Shown piece by piece: positions 38,701 to 47,927 of a stretch of 64,000 nt of DNA. This DNA is from a virus. Taxonomy: Duplodnaviria; Caudoviricetes. How positions within the stretch are numbered: the first letter of the stretch is position 1; each line of letters starts with the position of its first letter. A model generated the notes under the pieces. The model was given only the letters and a program-made list of their open reading frames with translations, had not been told where the DNA came from and made no database searches. The stretch spans positions 1 through 64,000 of IMG/VR virus record IMGVR_UViG_3300033069_001774; one strand, written 5' to 3'. Both the position numbers and the translations under genes were made by a program.

Positions 38701-38959
38701 CGATGACGTCATCGGCAAGGTCAACACCACGGAAGAAGCGGTGGGCCAGATCCGCGCGCGTCTGATCGAGATGCTGGAGGCGAAACGCAAGGTGGCCATC
38801 GGCGCCACTGCAGGTCCTCTCATCGACGGCTACAACAACCTCGTCGTTGCGATCAATCTCGCACTGGCTGACCGCATCGAGGTCAGCTACAACGTGGCGA
38901 TCGGTCCTCCGCTCAACACGATTGTGCAGACGATCAACGCCTTCACAACGCTGCCTTAA
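35798..38959 (+). CDS. Tail sheath protein with inserted Ig-like domains
   Basis: 1053 aa; C-terminal L...G.M...IRHQLTT...D...IGK.N...IEV.Y.V.I..PLN.I sheath pattern. Confidence 0.8.
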   Translation: MAITSYSTDHRPGLTTYQRLAVVPSGTTPALAACIVAPKMLLNRAGKETIPGETFNVAGQLLRFKRFIGSTATNLDLTAFEVDSDSVAVHGASLEAALASFTNGFKLVSLAEPNVIKISSGQVSGGSLNAAFYGRPVTVGDIVYATGISGGTTFKRRVIGLRGVVGDGTFGANTAGNDSLAGNSSSNPITTTSSAAQVSAPADWTVGCGTPSAFNGLARGARYLTQYGEQFVITVNTPGTAGVRQVETATVAGTIGASGAGNATVIVTSSGMSGSPITLSVAVANNDTAAQVATKIRAALNGNSTIAARFIVGGTSAAVSLTRIAPVANDGTLNISVDNGTCSGLTPALSSADTTAGVANVATVNIASASGLFNATNVPTVSVAGAHVVTDANAGGELAGVDITLTPPNSGDSLTAGMAFRITVLGDYTRLTTGQVVPSGTYTGVKDTIYMVRVTLTNTVAGSLTGAKVSITDTAGIDTAGADVTITDDTNIDLGSFGLSIKLKANGSGTAAVRVGDIFFVRAIAGVVSTSLFDKVVLDGPAVDTLVFDDVADDVYTVAFRLPFTGAIAADDASGGVAWTADDTNVTISASLDTFVATRSAGNEWCPFATAVGQLQASYRAFYSVDDNNEMVPIALAEDITAYAGSVDMDNDLGFAAQEAFRGSKGELIYILNTGGRSAAAFAAALSTIENSNEISYLGVITDDAAVRAALATHIDSASSSTVRNVRRGYCGIASPGKYLVLSKKADNTNFTATVSPSGDGFLLVTVVAGASEVVFGDLGLVAGDLVELDGAEYPLASVVSDSELLLSQGPDTQINPAVTLRVFKADTVASQASWLLEQAASLANRRISLCWTERGTNIVDGVSTVIPSRFGAAFVAGLRSYLAPSVGMTRQAVSTYVRTPRMYSRYRVSDLDAIAAGGIMIIGQESKTGSVRIRHQLTTDVDHGILYWEDNIGVRLDALQLETDAVLDDVIGKVNTTEEAVGQIRARLIEMLEAKRKVAIGATAGPLIDGYNNLVVAINLALADRIEVSYNVAIGPPLNTIVQTINAFTTLP

Positions 38960-38988
38960 CGCTGCCACTTTAAACTCACACTACCTCC

Positions 38989-39459
38989 ATGGCTTTCAAT
39001 CCCAACGTCTTTGGCACCACACGCACCGGCACACCGGTGGGTCAAATCGCCGGCAGCGAGTTCGCCAAGATCTTTCTCGGCGGCACCAATTCTGTCACCC
39101 TCGGGCAGCAGTTCCAGGCGCAGTTCGGGCGCCAGCTCAAACCGATCATGTCGATCGGCGACCAGAACATTTACTTCGTTCCCGGGCAGGGTCAGGGCAC
39201 GATTTCCATCGGACGCCTCATCGGCGGCGACGGTCTGTTCTCCATGCTCAATTCGGGTGTGGGCGAATGCGGCACAATCACGGGCTTGCAGCTGCAGGCT
39301 GGTGCTGGGCGCTGCTTGGCTGCGGAAACGCAGACAGTGAACTTCGGCGGTGGTATGCTGGAGAACGTCTCCATGAGCTTGAATGCAGGCACGCCTGAAA
39401 TTCTTGAGTCCTACAGCATTCGTATCTCCTCACTGGAAAAAGTCGCGTCCTCCGCATAG
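38989..39459 (+). CDS. Tail tube protein
   Basis: 156 aa after the sheath; Q..Q.QF.RQ..PI.SIG...YF..G..QGT..I.R. Confidence 0.7.
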   Translation: MAFNPNVFGTTRTGTPVGQIAGSEFAKIFLGGTNSVTLGQQFQAQFGRQLKPIMSIGDQNIYFVPGQGQGTISIGRLIGGDGLFSMLNSGVGECGTITGLQLQAGAGRCLAAETQTVNFGGGMLENVSMSLNAGTPEILESYSIRISSLEKVASSA

Positions 39460-39468
39460 GATGGCGGC

Positions 39469-41835
39469 ATGGCCACCATCTCTGACATCATCGCGCAAGG
39501 CGTAATCACACGTACGTTCTCCGACCAGGAGTCGTACGATGTGACGCTGGACACAGGCGAGACACTGCCCAACGCCGTGTTCGGCGCAGGCTTCGCCGCA
39601 GGCCTGCTGGGCTACAAAGCCCGTGGGCGTTTGGCGCAAGGCACACGGGTGTCTGTTGTCCGCGCGACGCCTGCGATCATCTTTGCATGCCACGGCACCA
39701 CGCCACCCGACCCACAGGCTAGTGGTTTGTTCCGCACCTGCGCACACCCTGCTGCGGATATTTACAGCGATTTCGCAGATGACGGCGGGGACGGATCAAA
39801 CATGGGTGCCCGCCTACCTGCTGATCTGCTCGAGGGCGAATTCGCCATCGACAACCTGCTGGGTGTAGGTGTGCACTTTCTAACCACCATGGCCAAACTC
39901 CAGGCTGGTGACCGCGCCAAGGTGGAAGTCGGACTGGTAGACGAGGTTGTGCGTATCGTGGCTGGTACTTTCAAGATGCACACAGCAGTCGGCGACACCG
40001 AAGTCTATAACGACGGCAGCCTCAACCAGGTGCAGCACGCCACCAGCTACCCGCACGAGGCCGCCGGGGTTGAGGAGAACAAGTCGCCGCGCGGTGCATC
40101 GCAGGATGGTGTAGTACAGCAGGCGCCAGCTGCTCCGACGGGTCGCTGGCGGTACTCACATTACATGGGGCACTTGGGTGATTTCCTGCATTTCTTCATC
40201 ACCGACCCGGTGGCGGGCATCGCCCAGTTGGCGCAGGAACGCGCAGGCAAACTGCATGTGCACGCGGGCCTCGATGGCACGCTGCTGGTGCGCAGCGTAT
40301 CTGACATTGTGTTTGAGCGTGTGACGCGCATCGTGGTGCCGGTGGAGAAGAAGGCATACTTCGACCCCGCAGGAAAGACGACGGCCGAGTTCGCCAACCC
40401 ACCTTCGGAGTTTTTGAGGACCTGGGAGTTCGACCCCAAGCAGCCATGGAAGGCGGCGTACTACCTGCGCGACTACGCCCGCTGGCTGGCATCCAACCAC
40501 AGCTACGCACGATTTCTTCAGAACGACAAAGACTGGTCCGTGTCCGCGGCGTCTGCTTCACCCAAACCGTCGTACGGCAATCAGGAGAAGGATCGGGAGT
40601 CCGCGAACAATGCACAGAGCAAGGAGGTACGCGAGACTTACTCGACGTTCCGCCTGCTGCGCGACGGTTCGTATGTCGTGCTCGATGGTTACGGCAGCAG
40701 TTGGATGATGGCGGGCGGCGACATCAACTGCTCCGCTGCACGGCACTTGCGGCTCGAAGCGGGTGGCAACATCTCCGCGATCGCAGGCGGCAGCATCTTC
40801 CTGAAGGCGCGCAAGCACGTGGAGCTCACAGCGGTGACGGGCGCGTTGTTGCTAAAAGCCCGGCAACGTCTGCACGCTCTTGTTGAAAAAGGCACACTGC
40901 TTCTCCGCACCACGATGCAGGCGGGCGCGGCCGAGGATGGTGCGCATCGCTTTGTCGACGACACCGTCGGCATCATGGTCAGCAGCCCCAACGCCAGCGT
41001 CATGGCATCGACGACACGCAACGTGACGATTGAAGGGCAAGGCAAGGAGCCAAAAACCGGGCAGGCAAATGGTGTGATCATTCAGTCGAGCGACGCCGAC
41101 TTGACAATGCGCACAGGGAAGGACGGCGCGATCAAGATGCTCGCCGGACGTATCTTGCGCCGGGCAGACACGTTCTTCGACAACGCGCTCACGCAGTGGA
41201 CTGTGCTGACGCCCAAGTTCAGTCTGGCGGGCAGTTTGCAGTACATAAAAGGCCAGCTGTACGCGCGCACACTGAACGCCAACGCGCTGCGGGCGCACTC
41301 TATCGGCAGCACTACCAAGCTCACAGGCGCAGCTACCGGCAAAATCGGGGCACCCCCACACAGCAACCACATCGAGTTCATCAAGGATCGCGCGACTGTG
41401 GACATGCCCAAGGAGGATGATGGTGCGAAGGCTGCGATTGAGGAGCTTGGGAAGACTACACCGGCGCCGAGTACGCCCGCCGCGAACGCTGTTCGTCCTG
41501 TGTTTAAATTCCTACCACCGGAAGAGTATCGCGGATCCAACCCTGCGAATCTCTACGATCAGTCACTGGCCCAGCAGCTTGCGGCGGCATCCGGACACCC
41601 TGCAGACTTCAACTACAACCCGTGGGACTTTACCGAGGACGCACTCGTGGGCGAAGAAAGCAGCGGGGACAACTTCCCATTTCCAGGGAAGGCGGCGCGC
41701 ATGTTCGCCTACCCGTCGACCACCGTGCTACATCGCCTGGATGACACAGCACCTGGTGACATCAAGCCCACAGCAGATAAAGCCGAGCCGCGCCCCTTCA
41801 CATTTTTCGCTTGTGACCTAGACGCCGCCTCATAG
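39469..41835 (+). CDS. Baseplate spike/hub (gp5/VgrG-like) protein
   Basis: N-terminal OB-fold-like region; beta-helix-like DGS...DG.GS..M.GG.I...A..L.L.AG repeats. Confidence 0.6.
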   Translation: MATISDIIAQGVITRTFSDQESYDVTLDTGETLPNAVFGAGFAAGLLGYKARGRLAQGTRVSVVRATPAIIFACHGTTPPDPQASGLFRTCAHPAADIYSDFADDGGDGSNMGARLPADLLEGEFAIDNLLGVGVHFLTTMAKLQAGDRAKVEVGLVDEVVRIVAGTFKMHTAVGDTEVYNDGSLNQVQHATSYPHEAAGVEENKSPRGASQDGVVQQAPAAPTGRWRYSHYMGHLGDFLHFFITDPVAGIAQLAQERAGKLHVHAGLDGTLLVRSVSDIVFERVTRIVVPVEKKAYFDPAGKTTAEFANPPSEFLRTWEFDPKQPWKAAYYLRDYARWLASNHSYARFLQNDKDWSVSAASASPKPSYGNQEKDRESANNAQSKEVRETYSTFRLLRDGSYVVLDGYGSSWMMAGGDINCSAARHLRLEAGGNISAIAGGSIFLKARKHVELTAVTGALLLKARQRLHALVEKGTLLLRTTMQAGAAEDGAHRFVDDTVGIMVSSPNASVMASTTRNVTIEGQGKEPKTGQANGVIIQSSDADLTMRTGKDGAIKMLAGRILRRADTFFDNALTQWTVLTPKFSLAGSLQYIKGQLYARTLNANALRAHSIGSTTKLTGAATGKIGAPPHSNHIEFIKDRATVDMPKEDDGAKAAIEELGKTTPAPSTPAANAVRPVFKFLPPEEYRGSNPANLYDQSLAQQLAAASGHPADFNYNPWDFTEDALVGEESSGDNFPFPGKAARMFAYPSTTVLHRLDDTAPGDIKPTADKAEPRPFTFFACDLDAAS

Positions 41836-41844
41836 GATACGCCC

Positions 41845-42627
41845 ATGCCTCCGTCCAAAAAACCTTTCGTTTCTGCGAGCCTGTCAGAAGTTGCTGCCGC
41901 GCTTGCGGATACGCCTGAGCCGCCTGCAGGCCCTAAAAGTTTCGAGCTGCCGGCCGACACGCTAAAATTTGCCGCAGCGGGCGGTCAAGTGGAGCGTCCC
42001 GAAACTGCGCTTGAACCTGATCCGATGACGGAGACCGAGCTGCCTACGTCCACACGCGTGGGCAATTGGGCCGTGCAGGACAAGCAAAACAACAATCTCG
42101 TCGTCGAAGTGTCAGACGACGAGAAAGACATATATCTCAAGGCTGTGTTGTTCGACACTCCTGTGGTATTCGACATCCCGGTGTTGGATGGGCGCCTGCT
42201 GGTCAAGGTGCGCACATTGGACGAGGAAGAGGAAGCGCTGGTCACAGCGGCGGTGCGTCTTGCGGATCAAGCCTATCGCAAAGCAGAAGGGCAGACGGAG
42301 AAGCAGGCCCCGACAGGCATGATGCTCTATGTGACGTGGATGCAACGATTCAAAACGTTGCTCCGTGTGATCTCGTACACGCCAAGCGATGCCAACGGCG
42401 CTCCGGGGCAGACGCGTGACTTGCCGCGGATTAGCGGTAGTGGAAAGCCGTCAATGGCGCGGAAGGCGGAGCTGCTCCTGGCGCATGCCGACAAGGTCTT
42501 CGGTAAAATGAATCCTGCGCTGTACACAGCGTTGATCACAGCAGTGCGCGTGCACGAGCTGAAATTTACGCTGTGCTCCACCAAGGCGGCCTCGCGAAAT
42601 TTTTGGTCGCCCGCCGGTACCAATTGA
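41845..42627 (+). CDS. Putative tail assembly chaperone (G-like)
   Basis: Upstream of the tape measure gene; V.VRTL..EE; ends in NFW over a slippery heptamer. Confidence 0.6.
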   Translation: MPPSKKPFVSASLSEVAAALADTPEPPAGPKSFELPADTLKFAAAGGQVERPETALEPDPMTETELPTSTRVGNWAVQDKQNNNLVVEVSDDEKDIYLKAVLFDTPVVFDIPVLDGRLLVKVRTLDEEEEALVTAAVRLADQAYRKAEGQTEKQAPTGMMLYVTWMQRFKTLLRVISYTPSDANGAPGQTRDLPRISGSGKPSMARKAELLLAHADKVFGKMNPALYTALITAVRVHELKFTLCSTKAASRNFWSPAGTN

Positions 42628-42986
42628 TGCTTCGGGCATTCCGCGCGGGGTTGCTGAAACCCGACTACGTTCACCCTATTTCTTCCCGCGTGCGGGAGAA
42701 CCTTATCCTGGCGGACATCAGCGCCGAGCAGGACATGCAGGCAGGCCTGCAGCAGCTGCACCTCAAAGCAGCCTGGGCGGTGATCTTTGCAGACCCTGCA
42801 CGCGCGCAGAAGGATATGCTGTCACGGTGCGCGCAGCTTCTCGCGCACGGACAAGGCGACCCCGTTGCGCTGCTGGCCGAAGCGGCGCAGGAGGTGCAGG
42901 AAGAAAATCTGCGCCGCCTTTATCAGGCGATGGTAGATTCAGGACAACTCGATCCTCCAAATGCCTCCCCCCGCCGAACCGCTTAA
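42627..42986 (+). CDS. Putative tail chaperone T part (separate ORF or -1 frameshift extension)
   Basis: The -1 frame is open from 42573 across A AAT TTT (42597-42603). Confidence 0.55.
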   Translation: MLRAFRAGLLKPDYVHPISSRVRENLILADISAEQDMQAGLQQLHLKAAWAVIFADPARAQKDMLSRCAQLLAHGQGDPVALLAEAAQEVQEENLRRLYQAMVDSGQLDPPNASPRRTA

Positions 42987-45378
42987 CACACCCTCGCTGC
43001 TGGCTCGTGCTGAAGCACTAAGCCGGTGGGCTCGTGAAGACTCTCAGCGGTTGGCGGTGATGGACAGCCAGGCTGCGCAGTTTGCGTCCAACATGTTCTC
43101 CAATTTGCTGTTCGGCAAAAACGCTGGAGACATGCGCAATTCGGGCGGCTTCGGCGAGCAGCTAGCCGGGCATCTGGCGGGCCAGCTCGGCGGAGCAGTC
43201 GCGGGTATGGTGGGCCTGTCACCGGCTCAGATGGTGATGGCCACACAGAACATGGCTGCGTATGGCGGTATGCATCTGGCGGGCGCAGGGGGTAACATCG
43301 GACTGACCGGCTACGGTGCGGTGACCGACATGGCGTCGAATCAACTGTGGCAGCAAATGCAAAGCCAGTTCTCACTTCCCGGCGGTGCTCCGAACTTGGC
43401 GCGCACCCACGGCGCATCACTCGATGATGTAGGGAGCGTGATGAACATGATGCAGCAGCGCGGGGCTTTCGCTGGTACTTCGATGGGGCACTACGAGACG
43501 CTGACCAGTGACCGGCTCGCCGCATTGAAGAGCGCCGCGTCGAGCTCGGGGGACAACGGCATGCTGAAAGAACTGGAGCAAATGCGCCCAGGCGACACGC
43601 ACGTAAGCATTGATCCGGGGCTGGCGAGCAAGACGACGAGCTGGGCATCCGAGGCGCTGAAGACCATCCAAGATCTTCGCTCCATTGTGGGCAACTTGCC
43701 GGTGGAGCAGATCGCAGGCGAGATTGAGAAGCTCACTGGCGTGCACATGGGCAACCCGCAGAACATGGGCTACGCGCGGCAGGTCATCGGAGGTGCTGTG
43801 GCAGCCGGCGGCGCCGCCGGTATGTCGCCGTATGAATCTCTCCAGTTCCACGCCTCCACCATCCAGTCCATGGACGCCAGCTTGTCGGCGATGAATGGGC
43901 TGCCAACTGGTAGTTTTTACGGGCTGGCCTCCGGCGCTGCGTTGGGAATCGATCGTGCCTCTTTTGCTGCACACGCAGAGCAGCGTGCGGGCGCGGCGGC
44001 GGGACGTTACATGGAGCGCCCCCTGACAGAGATTGCCGGCATCACAGCCAACGACACAGCCAGGCTGCTGATGGAAGCACCGGAAATGACAGAAGCCGCT
44101 TACTGGGCCAGCAGCTACGCCAACGACGATCCCCGGCGCCAGACTCTGCTCAACTCAATCAAAAGTTACGGCAACGCCGGCTCCGTGGACGAGCGCACCG
44201 CCGCGCTGCGCAGCATGGCCGCCACTACTGAGTCCGTCACCGGCGTGCGCTCGGGCAACATGATCAGCGAGCTTGGTATGGATGCACTGAGCTACCAGAC
44301 ATCACGAGATCCTGGCGTCATGAGCGCCATGAACAATTCGCTGATGAGCACGAACTATGCGGCCATGACTGGGGACTTCCAGCGCATGGCTGGGGACTTC
44401 AAATACAATGTGTCCGGCGCTTTCGGTGGAACAGAACGCGCCGGGGAGTTTACGCGGGCCATGTTTCAGCAGTTCACACCAACGGAACGCACGCAGATCC
44501 AGGAGTCTTTGTCACTCGGCGGAACGACTTCCGAGATCCAAGCGCGCTTGGCACAGACGATGGGTGGGATGGGCATGCCTGGCACTTACTCCGCTCAGAC
44601 GATGGCGGTGCAGCTGGCACAGCACGATAGCAACATGCGCATGGCCACCGGCGGCACGCACGGGCTGGGTGACTATCTCGAATCCACAAACCGGATTGCG
44701 GCATCCAATCCTGCGCTGGCTGGGCTGGTGTCGGCCAACGGCATGGCGCAATACAACCAGGGGCTCAGCAGCCAGACTGACGCGCAGGCGTTCAGCAAAG
44801 GCGTGCTTCCGGATAGCTTTAAGTCTGACCTCATCCAAAAGATGCTGGGTGGGGCCACGCCTCTGGAAGACCAGGCGTATATCGCATACCAGCGAGACAA
44901 GGATCCAAGCAAGCTGCTCGAACTGAAGAAAAATGCGGACGGCGGCATGGACCTGTCAGAGGAGCAGGCGGAACAACTCCACAGCGTCATGCTCAAAGGC
45001 GGCATGGACCTGCACTCGGCGTTCGGCATCAAAGGTTCAGCCAAAGAACGCACTGCGGCGCTGCAGGAGGCGATGCGTGACGCAGGCAATGCATCATTGG
45101 TCAAGGGTCAGCTGGCATCTTCGGAAGGTCAGATCGTGGGCGACTTCAGCGACGCAACGCGCGTCGCGTTAACTCCGGAGAAGCTGCGTGAGGATTTCAA
45201 CAAGGACATCGCGCAGCAGCAGGCAGCAGCAGGCATCAAAGGTGGCACAACGCTCGACAAGGCAGCCAGCGCAGGCAATGCCGCGCGCGCCGCAGCACAA
45301 AACGTCGAATTCAATGTCACTATTCCCGGGCTGGGTAATATACTAAAAGTCTTCGGCAATGCGCTTGGTTTACGCTGA
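42961..45378 (+). CDS. Putative tape measure protein
   Basis: 805 aa, Ala/Gly/Met/Gln-rich helical composition, downstream of the chaperones. Confidence 0.6.
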   Translation: MPPPAEPLNTPSLLARAEALSRWAREDSQRLAVMDSQAAQFASNMFSNLLFGKNAGDMRNSGGFGEQLAGHLAGQLGGAVAGMVGLSPAQMVMATQNMAAYGGMHLAGAGGNIGLTGYGAVTDMASNQLWQQMQSQFSLPGGAPNLARTHGASLDDVGSVMNMMQQRGAFAGTSMGHYETLTSDRLAALKSAASSSGDNGMLKELEQMRPGDTHVSIDPGLASKTTSWASEALKTIQDLRSIVGNLPVEQIAGEIEKLTGVHMGNPQNMGYARQVIGGAVAAGGAAGMSPYESLQFHASTIQSMDASLSAMNGLPTGSFYGLASGAALGIDRASFAAHAEQRAGAAAGRYMERPLTEIAGITANDTARLLMEAPEMTEAAYWASSYANDDPRRQTLLNSIKSYGNAGSVDERTAALRSMAATTESVTGVRSGNMISELGMDALSYQTSRDPGVMSAMNNSLMSTNYAAMTGDFQRMAGDFKYNVSGAFGGTERAGEFTRAMFQQFTPTERTQIQESLSLGGTTSEIQARLAQTMGGMGMPGTYSAQTMAVQLAQHDSNMRMATGGTHGLGDYLESTNRIAASNPALAGLVSANGMAQYNQGLSSQTDAQAFSKGVLPDSFKSDLIQKMLGGATPLEDQAYIAYQRDKDPSKLLELKKNADGGMDLSEEQAEQLHSVMLKGGMDLHSAFGIKGSAKERTAALQEAMRDAGNASLVKGQLASSEGQIVGDFSDATRVALTPEKLREDFNKDIAQQQAAAGIKGGTTLDKAASAGNAARAAAQNVEFNVTIPGLGNILKVFGNALGLR

Positions 45379-45387
45379 GATTACACT

Positions 45388-45804
45388 ATGGAACTTTTTG
45401 CCTCCAACAACTGCGTCTACGCTTTCGCGCGCCGTGCATCTGGCACTGGGTTCGCGCTGGCGGGTTTGACGTCGTCGCCACCGGTCATCATTCAAGGTGC
45501 CTTCTTCTCCGACCAGGACATCGTCCAGGCTGTCAACTGCCTTGGTAAAGAGCGGTTCATTTTCTCGTTCGGCAAACATTTCTCGGACGGGCAGATGCTG
45601 GGAGTGGTGATGCTCGGCATGGCAGGCGGCGCCAGCTTGGTCAGCTTTGTCGATTCGATCCGCACTTCGTCCGGGGGTGGGGCAGTCACATTGTCCACAC
45701 CGCTGGGTGGCTATCGCGTGTTTGTTACAGGCTTCGGGATGGCGGTGCCCGACGCCGAGTTCAACTTGCAGCCGTTCAGCATCCTGTTCAAAATTGCATC
45801 CTAG
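45388..45804 (+). CDS. Putative tube-initiator or baseplate protein
   Basis: Small beta-rich ORF after the tape measure gene. Confidence 0.5.
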   Translation: MELFASNNCVYAFARRASGTGFALAGLTSSPPVIIQGAFFSDQDIVQAVNCLGKERFIFSFGKHFSDGQMLGVVMLGMAGGASLVSFVDSIRTSSGGGAVTLSTPLGGYRVFVTGFGMAVPDAEFNLQPFSILFKIAS

Positions 45805-45805
45805 C

Positions 45806-46513
45806 ATGAACGAAGTACTCCACAGCGTGATCAATCGCGGCGCGGGTTTTGCTACGCCGTCTTTTCCGTCGCACACCGATTTCGTGCCCGACACGAATGA
45901 GGTAGCACAAAGCGTGCGCGCTTACTTGGGGCTGACGCGCACGGACACCGACTACTTCGTCGTCGGTGCACTTCAGATCTTGCGGGCCTACCCGGATCTG
46001 CTGTGTCGGTTTGGGGAGAAGCAGCGCAATTACACGCTGGGCATCTACAAGCCCAACCCGCCGCAGTGTTCCCCTGCGCGCCTCGTAACCCGAGACTCCG
46101 TTGCTCCGTTCGTTCGTCGGCGCCCGCAGGAGTGGCCTCCGGTCTTTGACACGAAGATCACGTTGGTGGACGACGCCACGCTGGATCTGCTGCAGGACAC
46201 TACTACGCGCCTGAACTACACACGCAGCGGCGAAACCTTATTGGTGCCGTGGTCTGTCGCGTGTGGTATTGGCGGCGCCTTGTGGTGCCCCGACTGGACC
46301 GGTGTGCGTGAAATCCACGTACGCGCGGATCCCTATGGCTACCCTTACACATTACTCGCGGAGCAATTGATTCTGCGCGACGACGTGCAGGCCGTATTGG
46401 AACAGTCCGACGCTTGGGTGTCTTTCGTGGACACTCCGAGCGCGCCGCGCAAAATCGCCTTGCTGCTTGCCGCGCTTGGGCTACAAAATAAAGCAGTCTA
46501 TGGCACCCGCTAA
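45806..46513 (+). CDS. Hypothetical tail or baseplate protein
   Basis: ORF within the tail module. Confidence 0.6.
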   Translation: MNEVLHSVINRGAGFATPSFPSHTDFVPDTNEVAQSVRAYLGLTRTDTDYFVVGALQILRAYPDLLCRFGEKQRNYTLGIYKPNPPQCSPARLVTRDSVAPFVRRRPQEWPPVFDTKITLVDDATLDLLQDTTTRLNYTRSGETLLVPWSVACGIGGALWCPDWTGVREIHVRADPYGYPYTLLAEQLILRDDVQAVLEQSDAWVSFVDTPSAPRKIALLLAALGLQNKAVYGTR

Positions 46514-47924
46514 ACAACGCTCAGCCACTGGCTCGTTCGCCTCCTCAAGTTTGAGCGTAGGCGACGCCGGCTCTATTCAAGCGCAGCTTAATGACTACGC
46601 GCGCGCATCCGCCAGCTTGTATCCTGGCGGCACGAGCGGCACACGCGACATCCCACTGGCGGCCATGGCTGCGGCGTTCGGTCAGGCGCAAATGCGCACG
46701 GTGAAACAGTCGGGCGCATCTTTCAAAGGCACCATTACCAGCGACGGCACTGTGACGTTCGCGGGATTTGAGACGGGCCCCAGCATGAGCGCGTCCGTTG
46801 GTAATTTCGCACCCACGTTTAACGCGGTACACGCCACCGCGGAACTGCAGGCGCTCGACATGTCGATCTACGCTGCCACACAGCTAGACGCCGAAGGTAT
46901 GGAGAAACTGGCAGAGCCGAGCATCCCTGCGCGAACCAGCGCATTGCTGACTGCGCTGATCCGCACGTGGACGACCAGCACGTTCACGAACCTCACAGAG
47001 GCCGCCAAGGTTCAGGTGAACCAGGTGCACACAGCCAACCTAAAAGCACTGACCATTCTTAAATCTATTTTAGACGCCAGCGACAGCGTCGAAATCGACG
47101 GCTTGGCTGCACTGCAAAAATCGGTGGGGACGGTGAACCGCGCGTTGAACAGTTACATCGTGAGCATGCTGACCGAGCCTACGGTTGGTAGCGGATACCT
47201 GGATAATTTGCTGAAGCTGGCGCATACATTTGGGCTGATCTACGCTCCAGCTATGGGTGGCGAAAGCGCGCACGGTAAATTGATCAGCGTGCGCAAAGCG
47301 TTTGCGTCACCGCAAGCTCTGACGGCGCACACTATCACACTGTCGGGTGATGTGCGCCCGCCGGACTTACCGTATACGCACGTGCTGATCCCAAACATCC
47401 CCACAAGCGGTATGTTCCGCAGCTACGAGGATAAAAATGCAGTCATGCTCGGCGGGCAGCTGGTGCGCGGCGTTGTAAAATTTCCGGATGGTGCCGTCAC
47501 AGGTCGTGCCTATGTAACGTCACCGCCGCCATATTTGACTGGCGCGTTCACCGACATGAAAAGCCCGTATAGCTACGGCCGCACATTGTCTCCCGGCAAG
47601 GCTCGCGCGAATGTAAAAGAACAGGGACAGCTCGTGACCGGGCAGTTGGATGCTGTGCGCACTTTCATCAAGGGCTATGCGCGGGAGATCTTCTCCGCGA
47701 TCCACATGCAAGGTGAAAGCGTGTCCGTGGCTCTGGCCATCACACCCAAGATGCAAGTGGGTGTAGTGTATCGTGTGAGCGTGGCGGGACAGGGTGAGCT
47801 GTTCACGGGACTGCTTGCATCTGTGGTTCACTCGATTAATTCTTCCCCTAACTCAGGAGGCACTTACACGCAGGCGCAATTCTCACATGTGCGCTGGAAG
47901 GGCTTCTCACCGTCCAGCACTTAA
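46500..47924 (+). CDS. Putative baseplate hub protein
   Basis: C-terminal G..Y.V.....F.G....V.H.I.......T...F.HVR hub-like pattern. Confidence 0.55.
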   Translation: MAPAKQRSATGSFASSSLSVGDAGSIQAQLNDYARASASLYPGGTSGTRDIPLAAMAAAFGQAQMRTVKQSGASFKGTITSDGTVTFAGFETGPSMSASVGNFAPTFNAVHATAELQALDMSIYAATQLDAEGMEKLAEPSIPARTSALLTALIRTWTTSTFTNLTEAAKVQVNQVHTANLKALTILKSILDASDSVEIDGLAALQKSVGTVNRALNSYIVSMLTEPTVGSGYLDNLLKLAHTFGLIYAPAMGGESAHGKLISVRKAFASPQALTAHTITLSGDVRPPDLPYTHVLIPNIPTSGMFRSYEDKNAVMLGGQLVRGVVKFPDGAVTGRAYVTSPPPYLTGAFTDMKSPYSYGRTLSPGKARANVKEQGQLVTGQLDAVRTFIKGYAREIFSAIHMQGESVSVALAITPKMQVGVVYRVSVAGQGELFTGLLASVVHSINSSPNSGGTYTQAQFSHVRWKGFSPSST

Positions 47925-47927
47925 TCC

